Part shown: positions 20,212 to 29,860 of the stretch, piece by piece
Layout: every line of letters begins with the position of its first letter
Position numbering within the stretch: the first letter of the stretch is position 1
NCBI GenBank assembly: GCA_902786275.1
Contig: CADACC010000001.1
Coordinates: 1 to 60,218 of the forward strand
Source of the DNA: an uncultured Erysipelotrichaceae bacterium
GTDB lineage: Bacteria > Bacillota_I > Bacilli_A > RF39 > UBA660
DNA: 60,218 nt
Direction: 5' to 3'
The notes under the pieces: generated by a model
What the model was told of the DNA's origin: nothing
Databases searched by the model: none
What the model saw: the letters and a program-made list of their open reading frames with translations, nothing else
Program-made: the position numbers and the translations under genes

Positions 20212-21696
20212 TTAGTCTCTTGGTTTCATTGTTGGGAATAAAATTACGTCACGAATTGATTCTGATTCAGTAAATAACATAACCATTCTATCAATTCCAT
20301 AACCTATTCCACCAGCTGGTGGCATACCATATTCTAGAGCTTCAATGAAGTCATAATCAATATCATTAGCCTCATCGTTACCTAATTCTTTTTCACTTAA
20401 TTGTGCTTCAAATCTTTCAAGTTGATCTATTGGATCATTAAGTTCTGTGTATGCATTAGCACATTCATGTCCAGAGATAAATAATTCAAATCTTTGAGTA
20501 AATCTTGGATCTTCAGGATCCTTTTTAGTAAGTGGAGAAATTTCAATTGGATGTCCATAAAGGAATGTTGGTTCAATTAAGGTTTCTTCTACATATTTTT
20601 CAAAGAATTTATTAATGATATGTCCATATTGTTTTTCATGTTCTTCTAATTCAATATTATGTTCTTTAGCAAGTTTTAAGCATTCATCTAAATCTGTAAT
20701 TGCTTTAAAGTCAATACCTGTTTTTTCTTTAATAGCATCAGTCATAGAAATACGTTTCCAATCTCCTGCTAAATCTATATCGTGTCCTAAATAATGGAAT
20801 GTTGTTTTACCACAAACATCATTTGCTATTGTTTTATACATATTTTCAGTTAAATCCATCATACCATCTAAATCTGAATATGCTTGATATACTTCCATTA
20901 AAGTAAATTCAGGATTATGTTGTGGATCCATACCTTCATTTCTAAATGTACGACCAATTTCATATACTCTTTCCATACCACCAACAAGTAATCTCTTTAA
21001 GTTAAGCTCTAGAGCAATTCTTAAATACATGTCTAAATCTTGTGTATTATGATGAGTTACAAATGGTCTAGCTGATGCTCCTGTTAAAAGTGTTGTTAAA
21101 ATAGGAGTTTCCACTTCAACAAAACCTTGGTCGTCTAAGAACTTTTGAATTGTTCTAATAATCTTAGGACGCATCATAGCAACTTTCATTGATTCATCAT
21201 TAGTAATTAAATCAAGATATCTTTTTCTATATCTATCTTCAACATCTTGAAGTCCATGGAACTTTTCAGGAAGTGGTCTTAAAGCTTTTACTAAATGAGT
21301 ATATTTTAAACATTTAATAGTAAGTTCTCCTGTTTGTGTTTTCATTATTTTTCCATAAACACCAACAATATCACCTAAGTCAGCTGTTTTAAACAAGTTA
21401 TAAGCTTCTTCACCTATATCATTAATTGATACATAAACTTGGATTTTTCCAGTTTTATCTTTAAGTGAGAAAAATGATGCTTTACCCATTTTACGAATAA
21501 ACATTATACGACCTACTACAGTTGCAGTATCATCCATGTTTTCAAATGCATCATGATCTACATCTTTATACTTTTCTTGTAAGTCTTTTGCATATGCATC
21601 TCTTTCAAATCTTTGTCCAAAAGGATCAAGACCCATGTCTTGAATCTTTTTCATTTTATCTCTTCTTGCAATTTCTTGATCTGTTAATTTTCTCAT
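20212..21696 (-). CDS. lysS: Lysine--tRNA ligase (class II)
   Basis: KALRPLPEKFHG, RYRKRYLDL, FRNEG...HNPEFT, YGMPPAGGIGYGIDR; ATG 21696 is the likely start. Confidence 0.99.
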   Translation of the reverse strand: MRKLTDQEIARRDKMKKIQDMGLDPFGQRFERDAYAKDLQEKYKDVDHDAFENMDDTATVVGRIMFIRKMGKASFFSLKDKTGKIQVYVSINDIGEEAYNLFKTADLGDIVGVYGKIMKTQTGELTIKCLKYTHLVKALRPLPEKFHGLQDVEDRYRKRYLDLITNDESMKVAMMRPKIIRTIQKFLDDQGFVEVETPILTTLLTGASARPFVTHHNTQDLDMYLRIALELNLKRLLVGGMERVYEIGRTFRNEGMDPQHNPEFTLMEVYQAYSDLDGMMDLTENMYKTIANDVCGKTTFHYLGHDIDLAGDWKRISMTDAIKEKTGIDFKAITDLDECLKLAKEHNIELEEHEKQYGHIINKFFEKYVEETLIEPTFLYGHPIEISPLTKKDPEDPRFTQRFELFISGHECANAYTELNDPIDQLERFEAQLSEKELGNDEANDIDYDFIEALEYGMPPAGGIGYGIDRMVMLFTESESIRDVILFPTMKPRD

Positions 21697-21747
21697 TTCT
21701 TTCACTTCTTTCCCTAATATAATACCATAAATATTATATTTTTCCAT

Positions 21748-21775
21748 AAAAAAAGTTCTGATTTTTCAGAACTTT
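21748..21775 (-). terminator. Terminator after the NPKTG protein gene
   Basis: AAAGTTCTGA-tttt-TCAGAACTTT with an A run. Confidence 0.75.
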
Positions 21776-21783
21776 AATTATTA

Positions 21784-22368
21784 TTACATTCTATATAATT
21801 TAGTGCTTTTTTTAGAAATTACATAAGCGCAACCAATTAATCCGATACCAGCAATAATTCCAACGTATGGAAGAACACTACCAGTTTTAGGATTCTTAGT
21901 TTCTTTTGGTGTAATTTTATAGTTTGTTACACCATCTGGAATATAAGTAAAATAACAATCATCGTCTGCGTTTGCAGCAGGATCATGTCTGTAAGTAAAT
22001 TTTAATACTTCTACTTTTTCTCCAGTACCAACATATTCAGCAGCATCTAAAGTTTGAGCATTTGGATTTGAATATACAGTTTTAACTGTAGCAGATTTCA
22101 TATCTGCTTCTATTACTTTAGAAGCTTGATCAACTTTAAATAAGTCAGTATCTTGAATGCCATCAAGTAATGCATTAGTACCTACTAATTTACCATCAAA
22201 ACCAGTATATGTACTACCTTGTGATACAGTTGCATATACAACAGCAGTAAATACTCCATTTGCATCTGGACCAAGTACTTCATGTGAATAAGTTGCACCA
22301 GCAGCACTAACTTTTAAAGGTAAAATTAATAGAGCCATAACAGCGATAAAGCTTAACATTTTCTTCAT
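21784..22368 (-). CDS. Cell-wall-anchored surface protein with NPKTG sorting signal
   Basis: Signal peptide (MKKMLSF...VSA), C-terminal NPKTG + hydrophobic helix + KK tail. Confidence 0.85.
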   Translation of the reverse strand: MKKMLSFIAVMALLILPLKVSAAGATYSHEVLGPDANGVFTAVVYATVSQGSTYTGFDGKLVGTNALLDGIQDTDLFKVDQASKVIEADMKSATVKTVYSNPNAQTLDAAEYVGTGEKVEVLKFTYRHDPAANADDDCYFTYIPDGVTNYKITPKETKNPKTGSVLPYVGIIAGIGLIGCAYVISKKSTKLYRM

Positions 22369-22508
22369 ATAACGATTCACTCCTATCCTTCCTCTATATT
22401 ATGTCTTAATTATAGCATAAAATAATATATTTGTATAACTTTTTGAAAAAAAATTATAATTTATGTAAACTTTATGTTATTATATATATACATGATAGTA
22501 AGGGTTGA

Positions 22509-24083
22509 TTGCTTGTGAAGAAGATATTAATCGGTATTAAAAATAACGCGCTTACATTTTCTTATAAAAAGATATCCGATAAAGGCAATAGTAATTTATT
22601 AAATACAAATATCATTACAGACAATGAACTTGTATTTAGCGAAGAGTATATTGAAAATAATAAAAAAATAGTTATTAGTTTTGTTAAAGAACTAATAATT
22701 CAATATAATATTACACAACTTATCATTAAAGAATCAGATCTTACCTTTACTGCTTTTGATTTAATAAATAATTCGGAAAAAGTTAAAGCTGTCTTCTTTA
22801 GAGAAGAAAGACAATTAAGCTATGAAATATGTGAAAAGATTTTAACTAACCATTATATTAGAATAATTAATTGTTATAATATGCCACCATATATGCTTGA
22901 GTGTTTTGATCAAAGAGGTATTAAAACTGAATCAAGATCAGAAATTATGTTCACATCAGCATTTATGCAAGGAAATAATTTAATGCAATATAGTAAATTA
23001 TTTTATAAAATGTCAGTTAGAATTGAACTTCCACTTAAAGAACAAGATTTAGATGATTTTAAAATATTTTGTAAGATTAATAAATATTTAAAAACAGTGC
23101 ATGTTAATCTATATAATAGAAATGATTTAATTAAAATATGTGATGTTTTAGCAGATAATAAACTTAAAAATGTTAAGATATATATTCACTATAACATTAC
23201 TAAAGAAAGTGAGTTTAATTCTCTTAGAAAATTAAACTCAACGTATAAAAAACATAAAATAAAAATCGAACTTAAATATACAGATTCGTATCTTGAAGAT
23301 AATTTATTTAAACAAATTGTTGTTAATGTTCTTAAGGTATGTGGTTTAATTAGTTTAGTTCTTGTTGTATCCTTTGTATCTTATGTTGGTATATCAAACT
23401 TTAGATCTACACAACATGTTAATAAGATTAAAAGGCAAATAAAAGAAGTTGTTAAAAACACTGATCAAGAAAAAGTTATTGAAGAAATAAATAAAGATAA
23501 AAAAGAAGGAGAAGCACAAGTTACAAATTCATTTGTTGCTACTCTACTTTCTATGAATCCTGAATCTGTTGGATGGCTTAAAGTAAATAATACTAATATT
23601 GATTATCCAGTAGTTCAAGGCAAAGATAATAAATACTATCTAGATCATAATTTTGATTTTGAAGATGATCATAATGGTTGGGTATTTATGGATTATAGAA
23701 ATAATCCAACTGAACTTAGTAAAAACACTATAATTTATGCACATAATAGATATTATAGCGGAGTTATGTTTGGTACTCTTTATAAAGTATATTATGGAAG
23801 TTGGTATAACAATAAAGAAAATCAAATTATTAAATTTGATACTCTATATGGAGAACATAAATGGAAAATAATATCTATATATAAAATTCCAAAAACAAGT
23901 GATTATTTACAAGTTAATTTCTCAAGCGATGAAGAATGGAAAGAATTTATTGATATGATTAAAGGTAGAAGTGTTAAAGACTTTGGTGTTAACGTAGGGC
24001 CTGATGATAAAATACTTACTTTATCAACATGTTCTTCATCAAGAGAAACTAGATTAGTTGTGCATGCTGTACTTCAAAAATAA
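22509..24083 (+). CDS. srtB: Class B sortase with long N-terminal extension
   Basis: GWLKVNNTNIDYPVVQG.DNKYYL, NTIIYAHN, LTLSTC, R-LVVHA; TM at residues ~275-295. Confidence 0.9.
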   Translation: MLVKKILIGIKNNALTFSYKKISDKGNSNLLNTNIITDNELVFSEEYIENNKKIVISFVKELIIQYNITQLIIKESDLTFTAFDLINNSEKVKAVFFREERQLSYEICEKILTNHYIRIINCYNMPPYMLECFDQRGIKTESRSEIMFTSAFMQGNNLMQYSKLFYKMSVRIELPLKEQDLDDFKIFCKINKYLKTVHVNLYNRNDLIKICDVLADNKLKNVKIYIHYNITKESEFNSLRKLNSTYKKHKIKIELKYTDSYLEDNLFKQIVVNVLKVCGLISLVLVVSFVSYVGISNFRSTQHVNKIKRQIKEVVKNTDQEKVIEEINKDKKEGEAQVTNSFVATLLSMNPESVGWLKVNNTNIDYPVVQGKDNKYYLDHNFDFEDDHNGWVFMDYRNNPTELSKNTIIYAHNRYYSGVMFGTLYKVYYGSWYNNKENQIIKFDTLYGEHKWKIISIYKIPKTSDYLQVNFSSDEEWKEFIDMIKGRSVKDFGVNVGPDDKILTLSTCSSSRETRLVVHAVLQK

Positions 24084-24145
24084 ACCAGTTCTTTGAACTG
24101 GTTTTTATATATAAAAAAACTGTTTGATTGGATCAAACAGTTTTT
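24082..24145. terminator. Two tandem terminator hairpins between convergent genes
   Basis: AAACCAGTTC-ttt-GAACTGGTTTTT and AAAAACTGTTTGAT-tgg-ATCAAACAGTTTTT. Confidence 0.85.
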
Positions 24146-24151
24146 AATTTA

Positions 24152-25789
24152 TTATTCATCTATATCAAAGTTAATAATGTTTCTATCAACACTACCTGTT
24201 GCTGAGAATTTCATATCGTAACCTTTGCTTTTGTATTCTTCAAAAATTGTATTTGCTGTTGTTGCGCCAAATGAAATACCAGGTTCAGTAATAATTACAA
24301 GTTTAGATTCGCTTGGATAGAAAAGAGGAATACCTGTATAAGAACCATAAGTAAATGAATTAGTTCCATTATATGTTTTTAACATATCTTTATAAGCAGC
24401 CTCATCATTAAATCTAATGATTTGAGCCTTAAATGCAGCTTGGCAAATAGTTTCATTATTACAGAAGATAATTAGTCTTTCATAAGTATTATCATCAGGA
24501 TTTGCCAATGTACCTCTTATATTAAAACGTATATCACTTGATAATACTGCAAGTGGAGCAAAATATTGCATTTTATTTTTAGCTTCATCTTCAGCCATAA
24601 TTGGTACTGTGTAGAATCCTGGAGTTTTAATATATTCTCTTACTTCATCAGGATTTGTGAAAGCATATGTTTCACCAGCATCAAGAGTATTTAAAATAAA
24701 CTCTTTTTCAGTTACTGGTACATCTTGTTTAGTTTCAACAATGTTAAATGATAATATTGGAGCAGTTTTATCAATTACTGTAATATTACCTTCATATGTA
24801 TCAGTTCCACATGAAATTGTATATTTATATTTACCTGCTTTATTAACATCAACTTTAGATAAATCTAAAACACAATTAGAAGATGATGTATTTTTAAATG
24901 TTCCATAATCTTCAATAGATGCAGATAACTTAGTTCCAGATTCAACTTCTAAATCTTTAGTAGTAACACCTTTTGAATTAAATATTCCTTTAATATTTAT
25001 TAAGTAGTAAGCTCCTCCACCAAGAACTGCAACTAAAATAATTATTAAACAGAATAATAATGTTTTCTTTGAATTGCCTTTTTTAGTTTTTTGCTTTGGA
25101 TCAAGTTCAGGAGTAGTTCCTATTTGATCAAAATCAGATGTTGGAGTTACATAATCAACTGGAGTTGATACTGTAGCTTGATAATCTGTTGTTGGCATTT
25201 GATCAGGAATTGGAAGTGTTGGTCCAGTTTGAACTGGAGCTTCAGGAATGCTTTCTTGAACAGGCATTTCTGGTGCTGCTGGAGCATCGCTTACAACTTG
25301 AGCAATATCATTTCCTTCAACTGAAATTGGTTGATTAAATGTAATAGTTTGATCAAGTGGAGATTCAGTATAACTTGCTTCAATTGGTTGAGCTTCAACT
25401 ACAGGTTCAACATTTTCAACTGGAGCTTGATAATTAAACTCATTTGGAACATTAACAGTTGGAGCAACATTAAGTGTATCTGCTTGCTCAACTACTGGTG
25501 CAGGTTGTTCAAATGAAGGAACTTCAGCAACATTTACAGGTTCAGCTGGAATTTCATTTGTAACGCCTGCGTTAAATGTACTTGGATCAACAGGAGTTGG
25601 ATTAAATGGATCTTGTGGTACATTTAATGTTTCATTATTTAAATTATTAAATGGTGCAAAACCTGGTTGTTCAGGTGCTACAACATTATTTGCAGGTTGA
25701 AATCCTTGATCTATTGGTTGTTCTGGTGTAGGTACACCAAAAGATTGTGGTTCCATATTAGAACCATAATTATTATTTTCTGGATTCAT
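24152..25789 (-). CDS. Membrane protein with Pro/Gln/Asn-rich disordered N-terminus and external Ig-like repeats
   Basis: ~240 aa low-complexity region, single TM, then DLSKVDVNKAGKYKYTI...VIDKTAP bacterial Ig-like motif. Confidence 0.75.
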   Translation of the reverse strand: MNPENNNYGSNMEPQSFGVPTPEQPIDQGFQPANNVVAPEQPGFAPFNNLNNETLNVPQDPFNPTPVDPSTFNAGVTNEIPAEPVNVAEVPSFEQPAPVVEQADTLNVAPTVNVPNEFNYQAPVENVEPVVEAQPIEASYTESPLDQTITFNQPISVEGNDIAQVVSDAPAAPEMPVQESIPEAPVQTGPTLPIPDQMPTTDYQATVSTPVDYVTPTSDFDQIGTTPELDPKQKTKKGNSKKTLLFCLIIILVAVLGGGAYYLINIKGIFNSKGVTTKDLEVESGTKLSASIEDYGTFKNTSSSNCVLDLSKVDVNKAGKYKYTISCGTDTYEGNITVIDKTAPILSFNIVETKQDVPVTEKEFILNTLDAGETYAFTNPDEVREYIKTPGFYTVPIMAEDEAKNKMQYFAPLAVLSSDIRFNIRGTLANPDDNTYERLIIFCNNETICQAAFKAQIIRFNDEAAYKDMLKTYNGTNSFTYGSYTGIPLFYPSESKLVIITEPGISFGATTANTIFEEYKSKGYDMKFSATGSVDRNIINFDIDE

Positions 25790-25885
25790 ATATCTAGACC
25801 CCTTTTCCTATTATGAATAAATTATACCTTTTATTAACAAAAAACGCAATAATTTTTGTTGCATAAAAAAATAACCAATATATAA

Positions 25886-26776
25886 TTATTGATTATTTTC
25901 TATATACTTAATTACGTTAGTTGCTGCAACTGCTCCATCAGATACTGCAGTAGTTAGCTGTCTTACCTTTTTTTCGCGGCAATCACCAGCAACAAATATA
26001 TTATTATTTGTAGTTGTACAATCATCGCTTAATACATAAGATTTTTCACTTAAAGGAAGCATTTCTTTAACAAGTTTAGTCTCAGCATCCATGCCTATTG
26101 AAATAAACATACCATTAATAGTTAGTTCTCGATTATTATCTAGAATAATTTTTTCTAGTTCTTCTTCACCAATTATTTTTTTAACATTAGCATTATAAAT
26201 TATTTCAACATTATCTTTAGCCTCTAACTTATCTTTTAATACTTCTTCACATTTAAGTTTATCTCCCCTATATATTAAATAAACTTTGTTACAAAGGTTA
26301 GACATATATAATGCATTAGTTACTGCAGAATTAGCTCCACCAATAACTGCAACGTCCTTTCCTTTATAAAATGCTCCATCACAAGAGGTACAAAATGATA
26401 TACCCTTACCTATTAAATTAGTTTCATTTGGTAAACCAAGTAATCTATATTTTGCACCAGTTGCTAGGATTATTGTTTTTGCTTCATATTCTCCCATATC
26501 GGTTACAACTTTGTTAATTTTGCCAGGAATAATCTCTAGAACTTCTTCAATTTCAATTGGAAGGCCTAAGCTTTCTGCTTGTTCATAAAAGTTATTAGCA
26601 AGTTCTACACCGCTAATGGATTTAAACCCAGGAAAATTTTCAACAAGTGGACTTGAAGCAATCTGACCACCAACAGTTTCTTTTTCAAAAACTATTGTTT
26701 TAAGGTTAGCTCTCTGACAGTAGATGCCTGCAGTAATACCTGCAGGACCTCCACCAATTATTATGCAATCATACAT
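25886..26776 (-). CDS. trxB: Thioredoxin-disulfide reductase
   Basis: IIGGGPAG, GISFCTSCDG (CxxC), VIGGANSA, FVAGD, RQLTTAVSDG. Confidence 0.95.
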   Translation of the reverse strand: MYDCIIIGGGPAGITAGIYCQRANLKTIVFEKETVGGQIASSPLVENFPGFKSISGVELANNFYEQAESLGLPIEIEEVLEIIPGKINKVVTDMGEYEAKTIILATGAKYRLLGLPNETNLIGKGISFCTSCDGAFYKGKDVAVIGGANSAVTNALYMSNLCNKVYLIYRGDKLKCEEVLKDKLEAKDNVEIIYNANVKKIIGEEELEKIILDNNRELTINGMFISIGMDAETKLVKEMLPLSEKSYVLSDDCTTTNNNIFVAGDCREKKVRQLTTAVSDGAVAATNVIKYIENNQ

Positions 26777-26790
26777 AAGTAATTACCTAC

Positions 26791-29163
26791 TTACTTTTGG
26801 CTTTCTGCATATTTTTTAATATTTGATAAATTAGGTATAACTTCAACATTGCCTTTTTTAATTACAACAAGTGTAGGAGCTTGTTTAACACCTAATTTAT
26901 TTGTAAGATCAACTTCTTCTTCAGCATCAACAAAATCATATTTAACTTTTGCTTTATCTAAAAGTTTTTTTGCTGATTTACAATTAGGACATGTTTTAGT
27001 TCCGAATAGTAAAATTCCATCTTTTAATCCATCATTACACTTACAATCTTTTTTATCATCACATTTTTTTGATGACTTTTTATCAGCTTTAAGCGCTTTA
27101 CACATGTCATATTCTTTTCTCATTTCGAATTCTTTAGCTTTTCCATCATTCCAGTTTTTAACAGGTCTATAGTATCCAGTAATTCTACTATATACTTCTG
27201 TTTCACAACCACACTCAGGGCATTTATAAACTTCACCAGTAATATAACCATGATTCTTACATACAGAATATGTTGGAGATAAAGTATAGTATGGAAGTCT
27301 ATAATTTTCAGCAATCTTTCTAACTAAGTTAGCAGCTGCTTTCCAGTCTTCTAATCTCTCACCCATAAATGCATGGAATACAGTTCCAGATGTATATAAT
27401 GTTTGAAGTTCATCTTGAATATCAAGAGCTTCAAAAATATCATCTGTGTAACCAACAGGTAAATGAGAACTATTTGTATAGTATGGAGTTTCGTCATTAG
27501 ATGCTGTAATAATATCAGGATATAGAGCTTTATCTTTCTTAGCCATTCTGTATGAAGTTGATTCAGCAGGAGTAGCTTCTAGGTTATATAAATCTCCATA
27601 TTCTTCTTGATAATCTGATAATTTTTCTCTCATGAAGTTAAGAACATCTTTAGTAAATTCTTGAGCTTTTTCATGAGTTAAATCTTCTTTAATCCATTTA
27701 GCATTTAAACATACTTCATTCATACCAACTAGTCCGATTGTTGAGAAGTGGTTATTAAATGTTCCTAAGTATCTCTTAGTATATGGATATAATCCTTCAT
27801 CTAGAAGTTTAGTAATTACATTACGTTTAATTTTTAAACTTCTAGCAGCAATATTCATTAATTTTTCTAGTCTTTCATAGAATTCATTTTCATCTTTAGA
27901 TAGATATGCAATTCTTGGCATATTGATTGTTACAACACCAACAGATCCTGTTGATTCACCTGAACCAAAATATCCTCCAGATTTCTTTCTAAGTTCTCTT
28001 AAGTCAAGTCTTAGACGGCAGCACATAGATCTAACATCAGATGGTTCCATATCACTATTAATATAATTTGAGAAATATGGAGTTCCATATTTAGCAGTCA
28101 TTTCAAATAATAATTTATTATTTTCTGTTTCTGACCAATCAAAGTCTTTAGTAATTGAATATGTTGGAATTGGATATTGGAATCCACGGCCATTAGCGTC
28201 TCCTTCAATCATGATTTCAATGAAGGCTTTATTAACCATATCCATTTCTTTTTGACAATCTTTATATTTAAAGTTTGCTTCTTTTCCACCAATAATACAG
28301 TTAAGTTCTGCTAAGTCATTTGGTACAACCCAGTCTAAAGTAATATTTGTAAATGGAGCTTGAGTTCCCCAACGAGATGGAGTATTAACGCCATATACAA
28401 AACTTTGAATACATTGTTTTACGTCATGGTAATTTAAGTTATCAACTTTAACAAATGGTGCTAGATATGTATCAAATGATGAGAATGCTTGAGCACCAGC
28501 CCACTCATTTTGCATGATACCTAAGAAGTTAACCATTTGGTTACAAAGTGTTGATAAGTGTTTAGCTGGAGCAGAAGTTATCTTTCCAGGAACACCACCT
28601 AAACCTTCTTGAATAAGTTGTTTTAAACTCCATCCAGCACAGTATCCTGTTAACATTGATAAATCATGAATATGGAAATCACAATCTCTATGTGCTTTTG
28701 CAATTTCTTCATCATAAACTTCTGATAACCAGTAATTTGCTGTAATAGCACCAGAGTTAGAAAGAATTAAACCTCCAACAGAATATGTAACTGTTGAATT
28801 CTCTTTAACTCTCCAGTCTGTTACATTTATATAACTATTTACAACTTGTTTATAGTCTAAAATAGTTGATTGCATAGCTCTTTGTTTTTCATGTAATTTA
28901 CGGTAAAGAATATATGCTTTAGCTACTTGTGTATAACCAGCTTGTGATAATACTTCTTCTACCTTATCTTGGATGATTTCAACATCTATAATGTTATCCT
29001 TTACTTCAGGAGCAAAAGCTGCTGTTACTTTAAGTGCAAGAAAATCAATTACATTATCATCATAATTAGTTTCTTCAGCATCAAATGCTTTTGTTATAGC
29101 TCCTTTAATTTTTTCAATTTCAAATGGAACGATTTTTCCGTCTCTTTTTCTTACTTTATACAT
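26791..29163 (-). CDS. nrdD: Class III (anaerobic) ribonucleoside-triphosphate reductase with N-terminal ATP cone and C-terminal glutaredoxin-like domain
   Basis: VRKRDG ATP cone, HIHDL, RSMCCRL finger loop, ATPAES, YYTNS, C..H...CPEC, YSRITGYY glycyl loop, then TCPNCK domain. Confidence 0.97.
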   Translation of the reverse strand: MYKVRKRDGKIVPFEIEKIKGAITKAFDAEETNYDDNVIDFLALKVTAAFAPEVKDNIIDVEIIQDKVEEVLSQAGYTQVAKAYILYRKLHEKQRAMQSTILDYKQVVNSYINVTDWRVKENSTVTYSVGGLILSNSGAITANYWLSEVYDEEIAKAHRDCDFHIHDLSMLTGYCAGWSLKQLIQEGLGGVPGKITSAPAKHLSTLCNQMVNFLGIMQNEWAGAQAFSSFDTYLAPFVKVDNLNYHDVKQCIQSFVYGVNTPSRWGTQAPFTNITLDWVVPNDLAELNCIIGGKEANFKYKDCQKEMDMVNKAFIEIMIEGDANGRGFQYPIPTYSITKDFDWSETENNKLLFEMTAKYGTPYFSNYINSDMEPSDVRSMCCRLRLDLRELRKKSGGYFGSGESTGSVGVVTINMPRIAYLSKDENEFYERLEKLMNIAARSLKIKRNVITKLLDEGLYPYTKRYLGTFNNHFSTIGLVGMNEVCLNAKWIKEDLTHEKAQEFTKDVLNFMREKLSDYQEEYGDLYNLEATPAESTSYRMAKKDKALYPDIITASNDETPYYTNSSHLPVGYTDDIFEALDIQDELQTLYTSGTVFHAFMGERLEDWKAAANLVRKIAENYRLPYYTLSPTYSVCKNHGYITGEVYKCPECGCETEVYSRITGYYRPVKNWNDGKAKEFEMRKEYDMCKALKADKKSSKKCDDKKDCKCNDGLKDGILLFGTKTCPNCKSAKKLLDKAKVKYDFVDAEEEVDLTNKLGVKQAPTLVVIKKGNVEVIPNLSNIKKYAESQK

Positions 29164-29176
29164 TTTAATTACCTCC

Positions 29177-29860
29177 TCATATTCCCCTAATTTTTACATT
29201 AGGAAATTTCCCTTTCATTTCTTTATTTATTTGTATAAGATCTTCTTTTGAAAATGGTTCTAAGTGTTTACCTAAAACATTTTCACTTTTTACAAAATTT
29301 TGTAGAAACATTTTATCCCCATCAACATAACTACAAATTTCTGATATGGTTTTAATGTCATGAATATTTTTAATTATCGTAGTTCTAAATTCATGATCTA
29401 TAGAACTATTTTTAATTAGTTCTATACTTTTCTTTAATTTATCAGCTTGGACATTTACACCAGCAACATCTTTATATTTGGTTATAGTGTTTTTGATATC
29501 CATTGCGATATAATCAACTAAATTTTCATCGATTATTTTTTTTAGTACATCTAGATTACAACCATTAGTATCAAGTTTAACTTGTAAACCTAAATCTTTA
29601 ACTCTTTTAATAAAGAATATTAGATCGCTTTGTACCGTTGGTTCTCCTCCACTAATAACAAGTCCATCTATTACCCCTTTCCTTTTTTTTAAATAAGAAA
29701 ACACTTCTTCTTCACTAATTAAATCATCACTATCAAATGGTATTAAACCTGAATTATGACAGTATGGGCATCTTAAGTTACATCCTTGTGTAAAAATAAT
29801 ACTTGCCACTTTATTTGGAAAATCTAAAAGTGTTAATTTTTGAAGTCCTGCAATTTTCAT
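29177..29860 (-). CDS. nrdG: Radical SAM activase of anaerobic RNR
   Basis: GCNLRCPYCHN, SGGEPT, KLDTNG, DYIAMDIK, EFRTT. Confidence 0.95.
   Translation of the reverse strand: MKIAGLQKLTLLDFPNKVASIIFTQGCNLRCPYCHNSGLIPFDSDDLISEEEVFSYLKKRKGVIDGLVISGGEPTVQSDLIFFIKRVKDLGLQVKLDTNGCNLDVLKKIIDENLVDYIAMDIKNTITKYKDVAGVNVQADKLKKSIELIKNSSIDHEFRTTIIKNIHDIKTISEICSYVDGDKMFLQNFVKSENVLGKHLEPFSKEDLIQINKEMKGKFPNVKIRGI

Noticed and set aside
22444-22471. TTATGTAAACT matches the right arm of the B. subtilis dif site
   Set aside because: The left arm (TGAAAAAAAAT) does not resemble ACTTCCTAGAA; it lies in an AT-rich promoter region and is probably chance.
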